DNA of 63,402 bases, counting the filler, from Octopus bimaculoides (taxonomy: Eukaryota), in NCBI RefSeq assembly GCF_001194135.2. It is 7 parts of 7 records of this genome, joined end to end, with 100 filler letters (N's around TTAATTAATTAA, not from the genome) between each part and the next. Parts side by side here need not be neighbours in the genome. Positions count along the whole stretch, not along the records: positions 1 to 13,497 come from NC_068984.1; 6 more parts are not named here. One strand, written 5' to 3'. Under the pieces are notes generated by a model. That model saw only the letters and a list, made by a program, of their open reading frames with translations, searched no databases and was not told the origin of the DNA. Made by a program: the position numbers and the translations under genes. The number at the start of each line of letters is the position of its first letter. Positions within the stretch are counted from its first letter, which is position 1. Below, piece after piece: positions 1 through 12,217 of the stretch.

Positions 1-57
<57 letters not shown>
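1..57. repeat. (CA)n microsatellite
   Basis: Directly visible AC run. Confidence 0.95.
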
Positions 58-58
<1 letters not shown>

Positions 59-924
59 ACGTACATACCAACTTTTTCAGCTCCAGTTACTGGATGTAAC
101 AGAAGCAGTTTCTGCCGTAAATTTACACAGCACCGCCCTTTAGCGGCAGTTGTTGACACATTCGTAGTTTCCTGGATTTGGTAGTTTCCATAACTGAACG
201 GAAGTTAATGATCAAAGGGTAAGAGAGAGAGGGTGGGGGGTAGATACAAATATTTTCTGTCTACAAAAACAACAACAACAGTAACAGCACTAATAACAGC
301 AGCACCGAAAACGACAAATTGAGATCAACAAAATAATAACCACAACAATAAACATCAATTACAACGACAACTGTAATATTGGCAGCAATGATAATACCGA
401 CCATTTTGGGTTTGGGGGTAGGGCGGAGTGGGGGCGGGGGTCATAACAGCGGATTCGTCTGTTCGAACTCTTTTCCTCTGTGATAACCTTTGTTTGAGTC
501 GTTTGCCTTTTATTCTGCAGAAGAGTGGATTTGGTGATTCGTATTTTTTGCCTCCCATATTCCTAGATATTGTGAAATCATACTAAACTCTTGGGACAAG
601 CAAACGGTAATAGTCACAGACCTTACTTTCAATCTCGTTGTTTCAAACAGCAACAACTGCCCCATGCTGTTTACTGCTTATGGATTCTACAATGGACCAC
701 ACAACCAGCCCCTTGCCTTGTCAATTCTCTTTTGTCTTATTTATAAATAGTAGTTTCCCCTTTTCCTTCCTTTTTATGGGTGCTTTGTATCTCAGGCAGT
801 GGGAGTTTCACCAGTCCGGACGTGTAAATATTGCACGTATATATCTTGACATATTCGACGTTGCGACCTGTTTAATTCACTCATTGTTGGTTAGAGCAGT
901 AAAGTTTTTGTTCTGGTCTGCTGC

Positions 925-1105
925 TGGGCCTCACCTGCAAGGGCATGCGCTGTTTATCGTGATATGAAATCACCATGTCGCGCACATGTGATTATGATGC
1001 ATGTGCCTGGTGTACCCTTATCTGACGGGTAGTCAAGATGGGTATATTGGACATCGTATAATTGTACCCAATGTCATTTTCATGCCATGCGCTGTTCTCT
1101 CACTC
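925..1105 (+). mobile_element. 3' part of an interspersed repeat (family F, probably a SINE) ending in (TAA)n
   Basis: Its 3' end (TACCCTTATC...GGTATATTGG...CTCTCACTC-AATAATAA) recurs at 3557-3636; both copies end in TAA repeats. Confidence 0.5.
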
Positions 1106-1140
1106 AATAATAATAAAATAATAATAATAATAATAATAAT

Positions 1141-1297
1141 TTTGGTACAAGTCAGCGATTTCGTTGTTCAGCTGGTGCTTAGTTTATGTATCCTGAAAGA
1201 ATGAAAGGCAAAGTCAACCTCCGTAGCATTTGAACTCAGAAACGCCACTAAACATTTTGTCTGGTGCAGTAACGATTTTGCCAACCTGCTTACCTTA
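1141..1297 (-). mobile_element. tRNA-derived SINE family A, decayed
   Basis: Shares GAAAGGCAAAGTCAACCT...TTTGAACTCAGAA with the family A copies at 32410 and 33892. Confidence 0.6.
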
Positions 1298-1321
1298 ATA
1301 ACAACAACGACAATAATAATA

Positions 1322-1396
<75 letters not shown>
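1298..1396. repeat. (TAA)n microsatellite
   Basis: Directly visible. Confidence 0.95.
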
Positions 1397-1914
1397 GCAA
1401 GAGCATTCAGAGAGTGCAAACATCCGCCAAAGCAATACCAACGTCCTCCCAATGAATAACCGGAGAGGATTTTTAAAAGTGAGAATATCTGAAATAAACT
1501 TGATTGCTCGCACAAACGAGAATAAAAATGAACCTGACAGCACTCAAAAATTAAGTTAAAAAAAACGGAAAAATAATCCAGAAAATGGAAAGGACCTGCA
1601 TACGGTGTTGTTAACAGAGGTTTAACAACATCGTTGCGTACAGAAACGTGAGTCCAAGAAGTAAAGTTTCCTTCAAGATAGAGCTAGAGATGCAATTGTC
1701 AAGTGGGTAAGAGGTTTTAAACAGGAGCGATATATTCAAAATTGGTAAAACTAAAAATTATAGAGGATAAATTAAATTCATTATTGATATGTTAGTGTTA
1801 TTTAATTTCTGAGTGTTTTTTCTGCCGTTTGTTTATGTAGTTTGATTTCTTTATCCATTAGACTCTTCTAAGTTAGAGACGCGAGTAAAATTGATAATAA
1901 AGAAACGAAAATAA

Positions 1915-2600
1915 AACTTTGGAAACAGCAACTTATGCAAATCTAAAGAGGAAAGCGTTACTCATATAGTAAGTGAATGTAGCATGCTGACACAGAAAGA
2001 ATACAAGAAAAGGCATGATAATTAAAGAGAGAGAAGTCCACCGGGAGCTATATACAAAGCTAGGATTTAAACATACTGATAAATGGTATGAATATGAACC
2101 TAGTAGAGTACTAAAAAGTAAGAAATACAAGATGTTGTAGGACTAGCATTCAGACTGATAGAGAAATAGAAGTTAGAAGGCCTGGTAGTAATAAATAAAG
2201 AGAACAGAAAGTGCCAAATAATAGACTTTACAGTCTCAAACGATGAAAAAATTAATATGAGAGGTATAGAAAAAATAGAAAAGTACCAGGATCTAGCCAG
2301 TGAACTACAGAGACTATGGAAACTGCGGGTAAAATGTATTCCAGTAGTTATAAGTGCAATGGGAACTATCCCTAAAGATCTTAACAGATGGATAGAGGAG
2401 ATAGGCATAAAACCCAGTTTGGTCTAGTCCCAGAGAACAATGTTATTAGGGACAGCTAGGATACTTAGGAGGGCTCTTGGCATCTAAGATTACTTGCTGT
2501 GACCCAATAGGAGGGTTCTTGGCACCTAAGGCTACTTGTTGTAGCCCGATGTAAGGATTCCTTTTTCTTCCAACAGTCTAATCTGTTGGGTGTATATGAA
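1915..2600 (+). mobile_element. R4/Dong-clade non-LTR retrotransposon 3' fragment (CCHC knuckle + restriction-like endonuclease), pseudogenised
   Basis: Translation gives CKSKEESVTHIVSEC...RH, IQTDREIEVRRP, KCQIIDF, KIEKYQDLASELQRLW, LLGTARILRRALGI*; runs into (TAA)n. Confidence 0.8.
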
Positions 2601-2700
<100 letters not shown>

Positions 2701-3556
2701 NNNNNNNNNNNNNNNNNNNNNNNNNNNNNNNNNNNNNNNNNNNNNNNNNNNNNNNNNNNNNNNNNNNNNNNNNNNNNNNNNNNNNNNNNNNNNNNNNNNN
2801 NNNNNNNNNNNNNNNNNNNNNNNNNNNNNNNNNNNNNNNNNNNNNNNNNNNNNNNNNNNNNNNNNNNNNNNNNNNNNNNNNNNNNNNNNNNNNNNNNNNN
2901 NNNNNNNNNNNNNNNNNNNNNNNNNNNNNNNNNNNNNNNNNNNNNNNNNNNNNNNNNNNNNNNNNNNNNNNNNNNNNNNNNNNNNNNNNNNNNNNNNNNN
3001 NNNNNNNNNNNNNNNNNNNNNNNNNNNNNNNNNNNNNNNNNNNNNNNNNNNNNNNNNNNNNNNNNNNNNNNNNNNNNNNNNNNNNNNNNNNNNNNNNNNN
3101 NNNNNNNNNNNNNNNNNNNNNNNNNNNNNNNNNNNNNNNNNNNNNNNNNNNNNNNNNNNNNNNNNNNNNNNNNNNNNNNNNNNNNNNNNNNNNNNNNNNN
3201 NNNNNNNNNNNNNNNNNNNNNNNNNNNNNNNNNNNNNNNNNNNNNNNNNNNNNNNNNNNNNNNNNNNNNNNNNNNNNNNNNNNNNNNNNNNNNNNNNNNN
3301 NNNNNNNNNNNNNNNNNNNNNNNNNNNNNNNNNNNNNNNNNNNNNNNNNNNNNNNNNNNNNNNNNNNNNNNNNNNNNNNNNNNNNNNNNNNNNNNNNNNN
3401 NNNNNNNNNNNNNNNNNNNNNNNNNNNNNNNNNNNNNNNNNNNNNNNNNNNNNNNNNNNNNNNNNNNNNNNNNNNNNNNNNNNNNNNNNNNNNNNNNNNN
3501 NNNNNNNNNNNNNNNNNNNNNNNNNNNNNNNNNNNNNNNNNNNNNNNNNNNNNNNA

Positions 3557-3635
3557 CCCTTATCATGATTGGTATATTGGGCTTTGTATATTTTACCCCA
3601 GTGTCACTTTGATGGCGTACACTGCTCTCTCACTC

Positions 3636-3636
<1 letters not shown>
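3557..3636 (+). mobile_element. Family F repeat 3' end
   Basis: Similar to 1015-1105; followed by (TAA)n. Confidence 0.5.
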
Positions 3637-3672
<36 letters not shown>

Positions 3673-3881
3673 TCAGACAAATACATGACAAAAACACCAG
3701 AACATACAAATATATATAACATACAGAAAATTGCACTACTGGGCACTGCACACATCCTACGCAAAACACTTTCAATACAGTAACCATAAGAACACCACAG
3801 CAAACCACAGCACATACCCAAGGCGCACAGAGCTGCGCTCGGTAGTGAAGTGAAAGCACGTTATAAAAATAAAACTACTGA
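3673..3881 (+). mobile_element. R4/Dong LINE extreme 3' end + 3' UTR (subfamily B)
   Basis: NIYNIQKIALLGTAHILRKTLSIQ*; near-identical 3' ends at ~57900-58088 and ~58940-59087; TAA tracts on both sides. Confidence 0.75.
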
Positions 3882-3908
3882 ACAATAATAATAATAATAA
3901 TAATAATA

Positions 3909-6070
3909 GACCCATAACCTGCTTAACAATGTATTAAATGCTAACATCTGTCTTGACTGAATATACCTATAGTTTTTTTAATAGAAAGTGGCATAATGAG
4001 CAAAAAAGATGTAAACGTGGGTCCTATGGTTGTAAAGATCAGTTACTCATCAATAAGATGATCTTGGAAGATTGTCACAAACGATGCAAAAACTTGTTGA
4101 TAGCCTGGGTAGACTATAACAAAGCTGTTGATAGTCTACCACATATATGGATTAAGAAATGTCTGGAAATGTATAAAATGGCACCTACTCTGCGAAATGT
4201 CTTGTCTGTACGTCTGAGATCATGTCAAACCACACTGGCTTTGAACAGTGACAATGAAGCTCTCAATGTAGGAGATGTAAGAATTTCATGTGACATTTTC
4301 TAGGGTGACTCTCTATCACCACTCCTCTTTTGTCTAACCTTAATAACCTCTCTCGAAATTGCTCGTTGATGTACAATATGGCTATAAAATGTTTGATAAA
4401 GATATAAATCATCTCTTTCACATGGATGATTTAAAGCTCTTTGCAAAAAATGACCAACAAGGCTTACTGGCAATTGTTAAACCAATTCAGTGATGACATC
4501 AGGATGCAATTTGGCCTCGATAAATGTGCAAAAGCTACCTTTATCAAACATCCAACGTTAATCTTGACCAGCAGAATGTCACAAAGGAGCTAGAACCAGC
4601 GGAAAGCTACAAATACTTAGGGGTATTTGAAGGTGATGGAATCGAACATTCAATGATGAGGGAAAGGATCAGAAGAGAATGTTATCGCAGGGTGAGAGCA
4701 ATACTGAAGACAGAGCTGAATGCAAGCAAAAAAAGATCGAACCGATCAATACTTTAGCCATACCAGTCGTGACTTACAGTTTCAATATTATTAACTGGTC
4801 AAATGCTGAAATATCTAATCTTGACAGAAAAACACGAAAATTGTTGGCAATGTGTAGAATGCACCACCCTAGAACGACTTTACCTGCCAACTTTTACAAC
4901 TAAAACTAAGAATGAAGATTGCCACAATTGGCTTAAACACCTACCTGAAAAACTCAGATGACTCGATGTTAAAACTTTTTTTAAAGCATGTAAGCAAGAA
5001 AGCATCATACTCAGCAACAAAGTAGACGAAGAAATATCTAAGTGAATTCCAAATACAACAAATCTCAGAATTAGACGTACTGGAAACAAGCACAGAAAAA
5101 GTTAAGCACATGAAAACCCGTGCTAAAACTGCATTCTGACTGATAAATGGTAAAACAAAAACCTCTCAATGGCAAACACCCAAAAGAGAGCTAATAATGC
5201 CGATGTTGACAAAGCCCTTACCCATCAATGGCTAGAGTATTCTGGCTTAAAATCGGAATCAGAAGTGTTTATCATAGCAGCCCAAGATCAATGCCCACCT
5301 ACAAGGATCTATTAGGGCAACATATTAAAGAACAGCAGCAGCCCAACATGTCGTGTACGTAAACGACAAAATTAAACCATTGATTATGTTGTCTCCATTT
5401 GCAGTCTTCTTTCGCCTACAGAGTATCTCAACAGGCATGATAGAGTAGCACAATATATTCACTGGGTAATTTGCAAAAACCTTGACCTGCTCCATGATAA
5501 AAACTGGTGGGAACACAACCAGTACTTGAAAATAATTGCATCTCACTCCACTGGTACTTCACCATTCAAACTGACAGAAAGATAGATGCGAATAGGCCAG
5601 ATATTATATAGAAAGACTTCAGACACAAAAATTATGCCTCCTCATTGATATGACTGTCTCAATTGACATAAATGTATCTGTCAAGACCTACCAAAAACTG
5701 AGTAAGTATAAAGATCTTGAAATAGAAATTGGCAAAATGTGGAAGGAATCTCAAGACTAAAACAAAACCTGTTGTCATAGGTGCCCTGGGAATGATAGCA
5801 AAAGGGGCTGATTCCTATCTAGCTTAGATACCAGGAAACGCCAAAGTGGCAGAAATTCTAAGAACAGTGCTCATAGGAACTACCCATATCCTACGTAAAA
5901 TACTCTCTATGTAATCTCCAATTTTAAAACAAACTTATAATTTTGTTGTTTTCTTAAACATTCTCTAGAACAATACTATGTGCAAAACCAAATATATGAC
6001 ACCCTAGGCATAATACCAACTTGAACTTCTAACTTGTTGTCTCTTGAGATCAGCTTGTACAAATACAAAG
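3909..6070 (+). mobile_element. 5'-truncated R4/Dong LINE (RT, CCHC, REL endonuclease, 3' UTR) with frameshifts and stops
   Basis: RPITCL, GSYGCKDQLLINK, WVDYNKAVDSLPH, *GDSLSPLLF, HLFHMDDLKLF, YKYLG, AAQDQ, RPDII...LIDM, SKYKDLEIEI, GTTHILRKILSM*. Confidence 0.9.
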
Positions 6071-6087
6071 CAAACGTCAAGCATATA

Positions 6088-6255
6088 TTCTTTTACTCTT
6101 TTACTTGTTTCAGTCATTTGACTGCGGCCATGCTGGAGCCCCGCCTTAATCGAGCAAATCGACCCCAGGACTTATTCTTTGTAAGTCTAGTACTTATTCT
6201 ATCGTTCCCTTTTTGCCGAACCGCTAAGTTACGGGGACGTAAACACACCAGCATC
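6088..6255 (-). mobile_element. SINE family B 3' part
   Basis: Matches the reverse complement of the family B tail at 25780-25965. Confidence 0.8.
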
Positions 6256-6947
6256 NNNNNNNNNNNNNNNNNNNNNNNNNNNNNNNNNNNNNNNNNNNNN
6301 NNNNNNNNNNNNNNNNNNNNNNNNNNNNNNNNNNNNNNNNNNNNNNNNNNNNNNNNNNNNNNNNNNNNNNNNNNNNNNNNNNNNNNNNNNNNNNNNNNNN
6401 NNNNNNNNNNNNNNNNNNNNNNNNNNNNNNNNNNNNNNNNNNNNNNNNNNNNNNNNNNNNNNNNNNNNNNNNNNNNNNNNNNNNNNNNNNNNNNNNNNNN
6501 NNNNNNNNNNNNNNNNNNNNNNNNNNNNNNNNNNNNNNNNNNNNNNNNNNNNNNNNNNNNNNNNNNNNNNNNNNNNNNNNNNNNNNNNNNNNNNNNNNNN
6601 NNNNNNNNNNNNNNNNNNNNNNNNNNNNNNNNNNNNNNNNNNNNNNNNNNNNNNNNNNNNNNNNNNNNNNNNNNNNNNNNNNNNNNNNNNNNNNNNNNNN
6701 NNNNNNNNNNNNNNNNNNNNNNNNNNNNNNNNNNNNNNNNNNNNNNNNNNNNNNNNNNNNNNNNNNNNNNNNNNNNNNNNNNNNNNNNNNNNNNNNNNNN
6801 NNNNNNNNNNNNNNNNNNNNNNNNNNNNNNNNNNNNNNNNNNNNNNNNNNNNNNNNNNNNNNNNNNNNNNNNNNNNNNNNNNNNNNNNNNNNNNNNNNNN
6901 NNNNNNNNNNNNNNNNNNNNNNNNNNNNNNNNNNNNNNNNNNNNNNA

Positions 6948-7045
6948 GAAGAAGAAGAAGAAGAAGAAGAAGAAGAAGAAGAAGAAGAAGAAGAAGAAGA
7001 AGAAGAAGAAGAAGAAGAAGAAGAAGAAGAAGAAGAAGAAGAAGA
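6948..7045. repeat. (GAA)n microsatellite
   Basis: Directly visible. Confidence 0.95.
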
Positions 7046-7046
7046 A

Positions 7047-7180
7047 CTGTTACAAAAGGTTTGCTTCTTTGATATGACCAGAATAATCAGGAAAGTATTA
7101 GCTGAAAAGAACGAATAGCAAGGTACCGTAAGCTGCAGGTAGTAACGACGCAAGCAAGACTACAGGAGTTCCAACAAAGC
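7047..7180 (+). mobile_element. Possible R4/Dong extreme 3' end (another subfamily)
   Basis: LQKVCFFDMTRIIRKVLAEKNE* resembles the LQK..LLGTARILRKVL terminus; followed by (TGA)(TAA)n. Confidence 0.4.
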
Positions 7181-7191
7181 TTGTGATGATG

Positions 7192-7224
<33 letters not shown>

Positions 7225-7226
<2 letters not shown>

Positions 7227-7395
7227 CCTTTCTACTATAGGCACCAGGGGCCTGAAATTTACATTGATTTATCAACCACGAAAGGATGAAAGGCAAAGTC
7301 GACCTTGGCGGAATTTGAACTCAGAATATAAGGGCGAAGGAAATGTCGCTAAGCATTTTGCCCGGCATGCTAATGATTCTACCAGCTCGCCGCTT
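7225..7395 (-). mobile_element. SINE family A
   Basis: GATGAAAGGCAAAGTCGACCTTGGCGGAATTTGAACTCAGAA; tail abuts (TAA)n. Confidence 0.8.
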
Positions 7396-7734
7396 TAGCT
7401 ACAGCAACAATACGACTGATGAGGAGACCATAGAGAAAGAGGTTATTAAATGTAGTGTGATCCACATACAATGTTGCAGTTGTTAACTAGTATATATTTT
7501 CTAACCTATGAATCATGGCAAGTAAAGCCTACATCGTCTGTATGAATGTATAACATAAGGGAGGGTATAACGAAAACCCATAAGGCATTTTAATTCTATT
7601 TATACATATATGCTTCTGTCAATTGAACTATGTACGTATATGTATGAACCTCGAAGTTCCACTCAATTCATTTTAAAACATAATACTGTACATATATTTA
7701 AATAGTGAACTTTCAGTTAACGTTTCAGTTCGTA

Positions 7735-7770
<36 letters not shown>

Positions 7771-7825
7771 TATATGCGCGCACGCACACACGCACAAACA
7801 TACACACACATACACACATACACAT

Positions 7826-7877
<52 letters not shown>

Positions 7878-7980
7878 GTGTATGTGTATGTGTGTGTATG
7901 TGTGTGCGTGTGTGCGTGCGCGCGTGTGGGTGCATGTATACATACGAACTGTAACACTAATTCAAAGCTCAATATCTTGT

Positions 7981-8097
7981 GTATGTGTGTGTATACATAG
8001 CTTAATGCTTGTTTTATGGTTAATTGCTTAGTTATATCTGTAACTAGGCAACTAGCCATAAGAACAAGCATTAAACTATGTATACATACACATACAT
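7981..8097. other. ~46-bp imperfect hairpin with a 4-nt loop
   Basis: 7990-8035 is complementary to 8040-8086 with a few wobbles/mismatches and one bulge. Confidence 0.85.
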
Positions 8098-8117
8098 ACA
8101 TAAAGAGATATGTATGG

Positions 8118-8229
<112 letters not shown>

Positions 8230-8625
8230 ATATACATATACGTATATGTTTATATTTATGCAACCGAAACTTCAAATAATCTGTCGGATACTTCAAAGAC
8301 GGAAAGTCACGTAGCAGCTCGAAAAACAACTTTAATATATTTTAATACAAATGTTACTTTATAATCCATTTTCTCGCAGACCTCCACACTCCTCATTCAA
8401 ACCTTTCCCCTTATTCTCTGTATCTGTCATTCACTGCTATTATCTTCTTCCTGTCTCCACCTTTGAACCCATTTACTTCTTTATCACTTCCGTTCGCCAT
8501 TACATTATTTACTACCACAGCAAATTTATTCCTAAAAGAAACGAAACTTACTGACACCTACAAACTGTTTTCGGATTTAAATATACATATATGTGTGTGT
8601 GCGTGCGTGTGTCTTTTTGTGTGTG

Positions 8626-8657
<32 letters not shown>

Positions 8658-8717
8658 AAAAGACACACGCACACAAAAAGACACACGCACGCACGCACGC
8701 ACGCACACACGCACGCA

Positions 8718-8772
<55 letters not shown>

Positions 8773-8787
8773 ATGTATATATATGTA

Positions 8788-8826
<39 letters not shown>

Positions 8827-8829
8827 GTG

Positions 8830-9610
8830 TGCGTGTGTGTGTGTGTTAAATAAAATGAGTCAAGAAAGCCAAGGCTGTGTGGAATTTTCAGGATATTTAT
8901 AAAGAGAAAGTTAGTCTTACAGCTGTTTCTGGAATTTTAAGGATATTCCTTCATCAGAGACGATGTGAAGTGGTTAAATAGAGGGAAATATTAGAGTTCA
9001 ATATGAGGAGTTCCATATAAGGGAGAAAATAAGGCGTGTGTAAGTAAATAGGAGAATGAATGTAGAAATAAAAATTAAAATGTATAAGCATGTTATAGTT
9101 GCAGTTCCATTATCCAAGGAAAATAGTGTGTAGAAGTGGTGGAAATGCTTCCTGTCCGTGATATGTAAATTCCAATAGAAGTTCATATTTTGTCAACACA
9201 AATGGAAAGTGCGGAGACGTAGCTTCCATGTACTGTTTGTTTATTCAAAGAGGTCTTGTAGTGTGAATGAAAATTTGAGAATGTAGTGGTAGTAATAAGT
9301 CGATACAGAGGGGAGAAGAGATGTGTATGTTAAAATGAACAGAGTGGTCAAAGGAAAAAGTGAGAAACAAAGAAGGAAAGAAAGATGAAGAGAAAATGAA
9401 AAAAGTGTAAGGAACTGAAAAAAGGAATGTTGGTTGGTGGTCAAGCTGTTATGAGGGAGATGAGAGAGGTAGTAGGGGAGGGGAGGAAGAGATAAGAATG
9501 TAAGTTATGAATGTGTGTAAGATGGGTGATATGTTAGAATGGCATAAAGGGATGGGTATAGAAATGGTATAGGAGTTGGGTTTTCTAAAGTGAGTAGTAA
9601 ACCACAAATT
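8830..9610 (-). mobile_element. Penelope-like element 3'/pLTR relic
   Basis: Carries a minimal hammerhead motif typical of PLE pLTRs; weak C-terminal similarity (TKYELL...RKHF). Confidence 0.4.
8914..8961 (-). ncRNA. Minimal type I hammerhead ribozyme motif
   Basis: Minus strand GUCU-CUGAUGA-A-GGAAU(N9)AUUCC-A-GAAA-C-AGCU-G-UA-AGAC: stem I GUCU/AGAC, 2-bp stem III with palindromic AGCU loop, GUA triplet. Confidence 0.6.
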
Positions 9611-9979
9611 GGAAAGGAATTTGTGGTTTACTACTCACTTTAGAAAACCCAACTCCTATACCTTTTCTATGCCCATCCTTTAATGCGATTCTAACATATC
9701 ACCCCACTTCACTCACCTCACATAATTCATTACTTACATTTTTATCTCTTCCTACCCCTCCCCTACTCCTCTCCTCATCCCTCTTGACCACCAATCAACA
9801 CTCCTTTTTTCACTTTTTCTTTTTTTATTTTCCTACACTTTTTTCATTTTTTCTTCTTGTTTTCATTTTCTCTTCCTCTTTTTTTCCTTCTCCTTTTCTG
9901 ACCTTTTCCTTTGACCACTCTCTTCATTTTAACATATACATGCTCATTTTATTTAACATATACATGCTCATACAAGACC
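9252..9979. repeat. Inverted duplication, arms ~360 bp, perfect 45-bp inner arms
   Basis: 9566-9610 is the exact reverse complement of 9618-9662; the outer arms align with divergence (opposite-strand ORFs both start MTTNQHSFF). Confidence 0.9.
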
Positions 9980-10839
9980 AGCATTAGACTCCTCACTCAT
10001 TATCGAACTGAGAGTTTAATTACAGTCCTTCCATAGCACTTACATAGCGTTACCTGCTACCTTAGGACTTCTGGATACCTATACCTCTCATACACACACA
10101 CACGCATTCACAGATATAATGCACTAGATCTACCATGTGGTATATCTACAGATAAGGAGAGAGAAATGTTGAGCAATATTCCGGGAACACATATTTTACA
10201 GAACATAAAAAAATTAAAGCATCTATTTTTCTCATAAACTTATGACAAATGTGGATGTATGGTGGAATTTCAGTTTTGAATCAATATTCAAAACATCGAA
10301 CATCGAACACAGTTCAGATTTAATCACAGAATTGTGTTAAATTATGAAACCTGAATGGCTAACAAGTTTGCTTCGTTATAACCAAGTCCCGGGCTTGATC
10401 TCACTGTGTCATGTTGAGCAATATCACCTTTCGTAACACAAGAATGTGATAACTATGTCGAAGAACGGCAGAGGGGCATGCAGATACGGGTGTAATTATT
10501 AAGTAGATATTATTACATGCTGAACTTCTTGAATGATGCATAATTTGGCAGAGCCTTTGATGGCATATAATCGCTTGAGTAGGCTTCTCGTTTCTGGCTT
10601 TGAAAAAAAAACTAGCTTTTATACAATGGTACTGAGTTGGTTGCGTATCCAAATTTTTCAATAGAAATTTCAGGTTAAAGTCCGGATGGAATGACTAGAT
10701 TTTTCGCGTGCGTACGTGTGTATGCGTGTGTATACGTATGTGTGTGTGTGTGTTTGTGTGTGTCTGTGTATGTGTGTGTGCGTGTGTGCTTGCGTGTGTA
10801 ATACAGTTTTCAAAAAATTGTCCAATTAGCGATCAATAG

Positions 10840-11310
10840 CTGATTTAAGCAGTGGGTCCACCTCTACGACCCGAGACAATAACAAATAGACCAAGCATCA
10901 GAAACAAAAATTCTCCGTTGCTCAAATAATTCAAAGCACGATAAGGAGCACAATCTTCTATGATTTGAAAGTATGGTGTAGAATAATTACATGACGTACA
11001 CAACAACAATCACAAATGCCTGTTATACAGATTTACTATCGTGGTTGTGAAAAATTTATCAAGGGAAGGACATCAATGCAATATCGAGTACCACTGCCCT
11101 ACGACAATGCAACATCTCACACACCTCGAGATCAGAGATTACTATTCATATATGAGGTTTTCGTGATCTATCATATCCAGCCCACTCAACAGACTTTATT
11201 CTGAATGATTTTTACTTCTCTCCAAATTCGAAAGAGCATCTCAAGAACAGACAGTTCCTTTGCGAGAAGAACTGCAGCTAGTTTTGTAAAACAGTGGTTG
11301 GTGTAATCCT
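10840..11310 (+). pseudogene. Decayed mariner transposase fragment
   Basis: QWVHLYDP (cf. WVHHYDP), LPYDNATSH (cf. LHDNARPH), YPAHSTDFILNDFYFSPNSKEHLK (cf. HPPYSPDLAPSDF.LF..LKE.L). Confidence 0.65.
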
Positions 11311-11599
11311 TTTACTGCCGAACGCAAATATATCCACTAAATATTTCATTACCTTTAACTTTTGCTGAGGAGTGTCAAGTTTGAAACTAGTTTTTTTGTT
11401 GAGATATGTCAAGTTTATTGAGGCAACGTGATTTTCAGAAAATTTTGTGCTAGATATTTAACATTATTGCCGGAATAATCACGCAGGATAGTTTTATTTA
11501 AATGGCAATGAGCATATACGAAAACGAAAAGATAAATCCCGGAACACAGAAGAAAACACACCATCTAAAATGCAATGCAATGCATCTTCAACTTATTTA

Positions 11600-11851
11600 T
11601 GGACAAAAATTAATTGAAGTGTCCCCCTATATTACCACTGCATATAAGCTGTAGTTGACAATGCCTATCACTAGCTGTGAACAGAAAGGAGTTCCTCAAA
11701 GCTTTCCTTTGTTACGAATAAATTTAGGTCTACCATGACTGAAGAGCGCTTAAATTCCTTATGCATATTGTCTCTAGAAAATGACAGTGTAAGGAAGCTG
11801 TTATATAACAAAACTGGTGCTACAAAAAACAGAAAGAAAAGTATTTTGTAA
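11600..11851 (+). pseudogene. hAT transposase C-terminal dimerisation-domain relic
   Basis: LTMPITSCE-[frameshift]-RSSSKLSFVTNKFRSTMTEERLNSLCILSLEND. Confidence 0.75.
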
Positions 11852-12186
11852 TTTTCATATGTATCCTAATGATGCATCATGCATGTACATAACGCTTCGC
11901 TAATTTTCAACCCGCCTCCAACTCTAAAAGTATAAGGAATAGCCTGGAAAATATTTGTAGTGATCTGCCATGGAACAACCACATCGACAAAGATATCGGT
12001 AATTACTCACACCTCGTTTCTGATGAAAAGAGGGCTCAGTTTCAGATTCATTTTTAAGGACTCCACGTCACAACTCCACCATTTCCAGAAGTTTATCATT
12101 TAATCATATATGTGCATGTCTAGATATGCAACTATATGCATGAAAATACATACATAAAGCAAAACATACAAATCTGTACGTATACA

Positions 12187-12217
<31 letters not shown>

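Noticed and set aside
134-146. Second CTCF-like motif CGCCCTTTAGCGG
   Set aside because: Mismatch at a core position
355-900. Faint Gypsy RT-like words on the minus strand (TAWGS...KVCDYYRL)
   Set aside because: Needs several frameshifts; not supportable without a profile search
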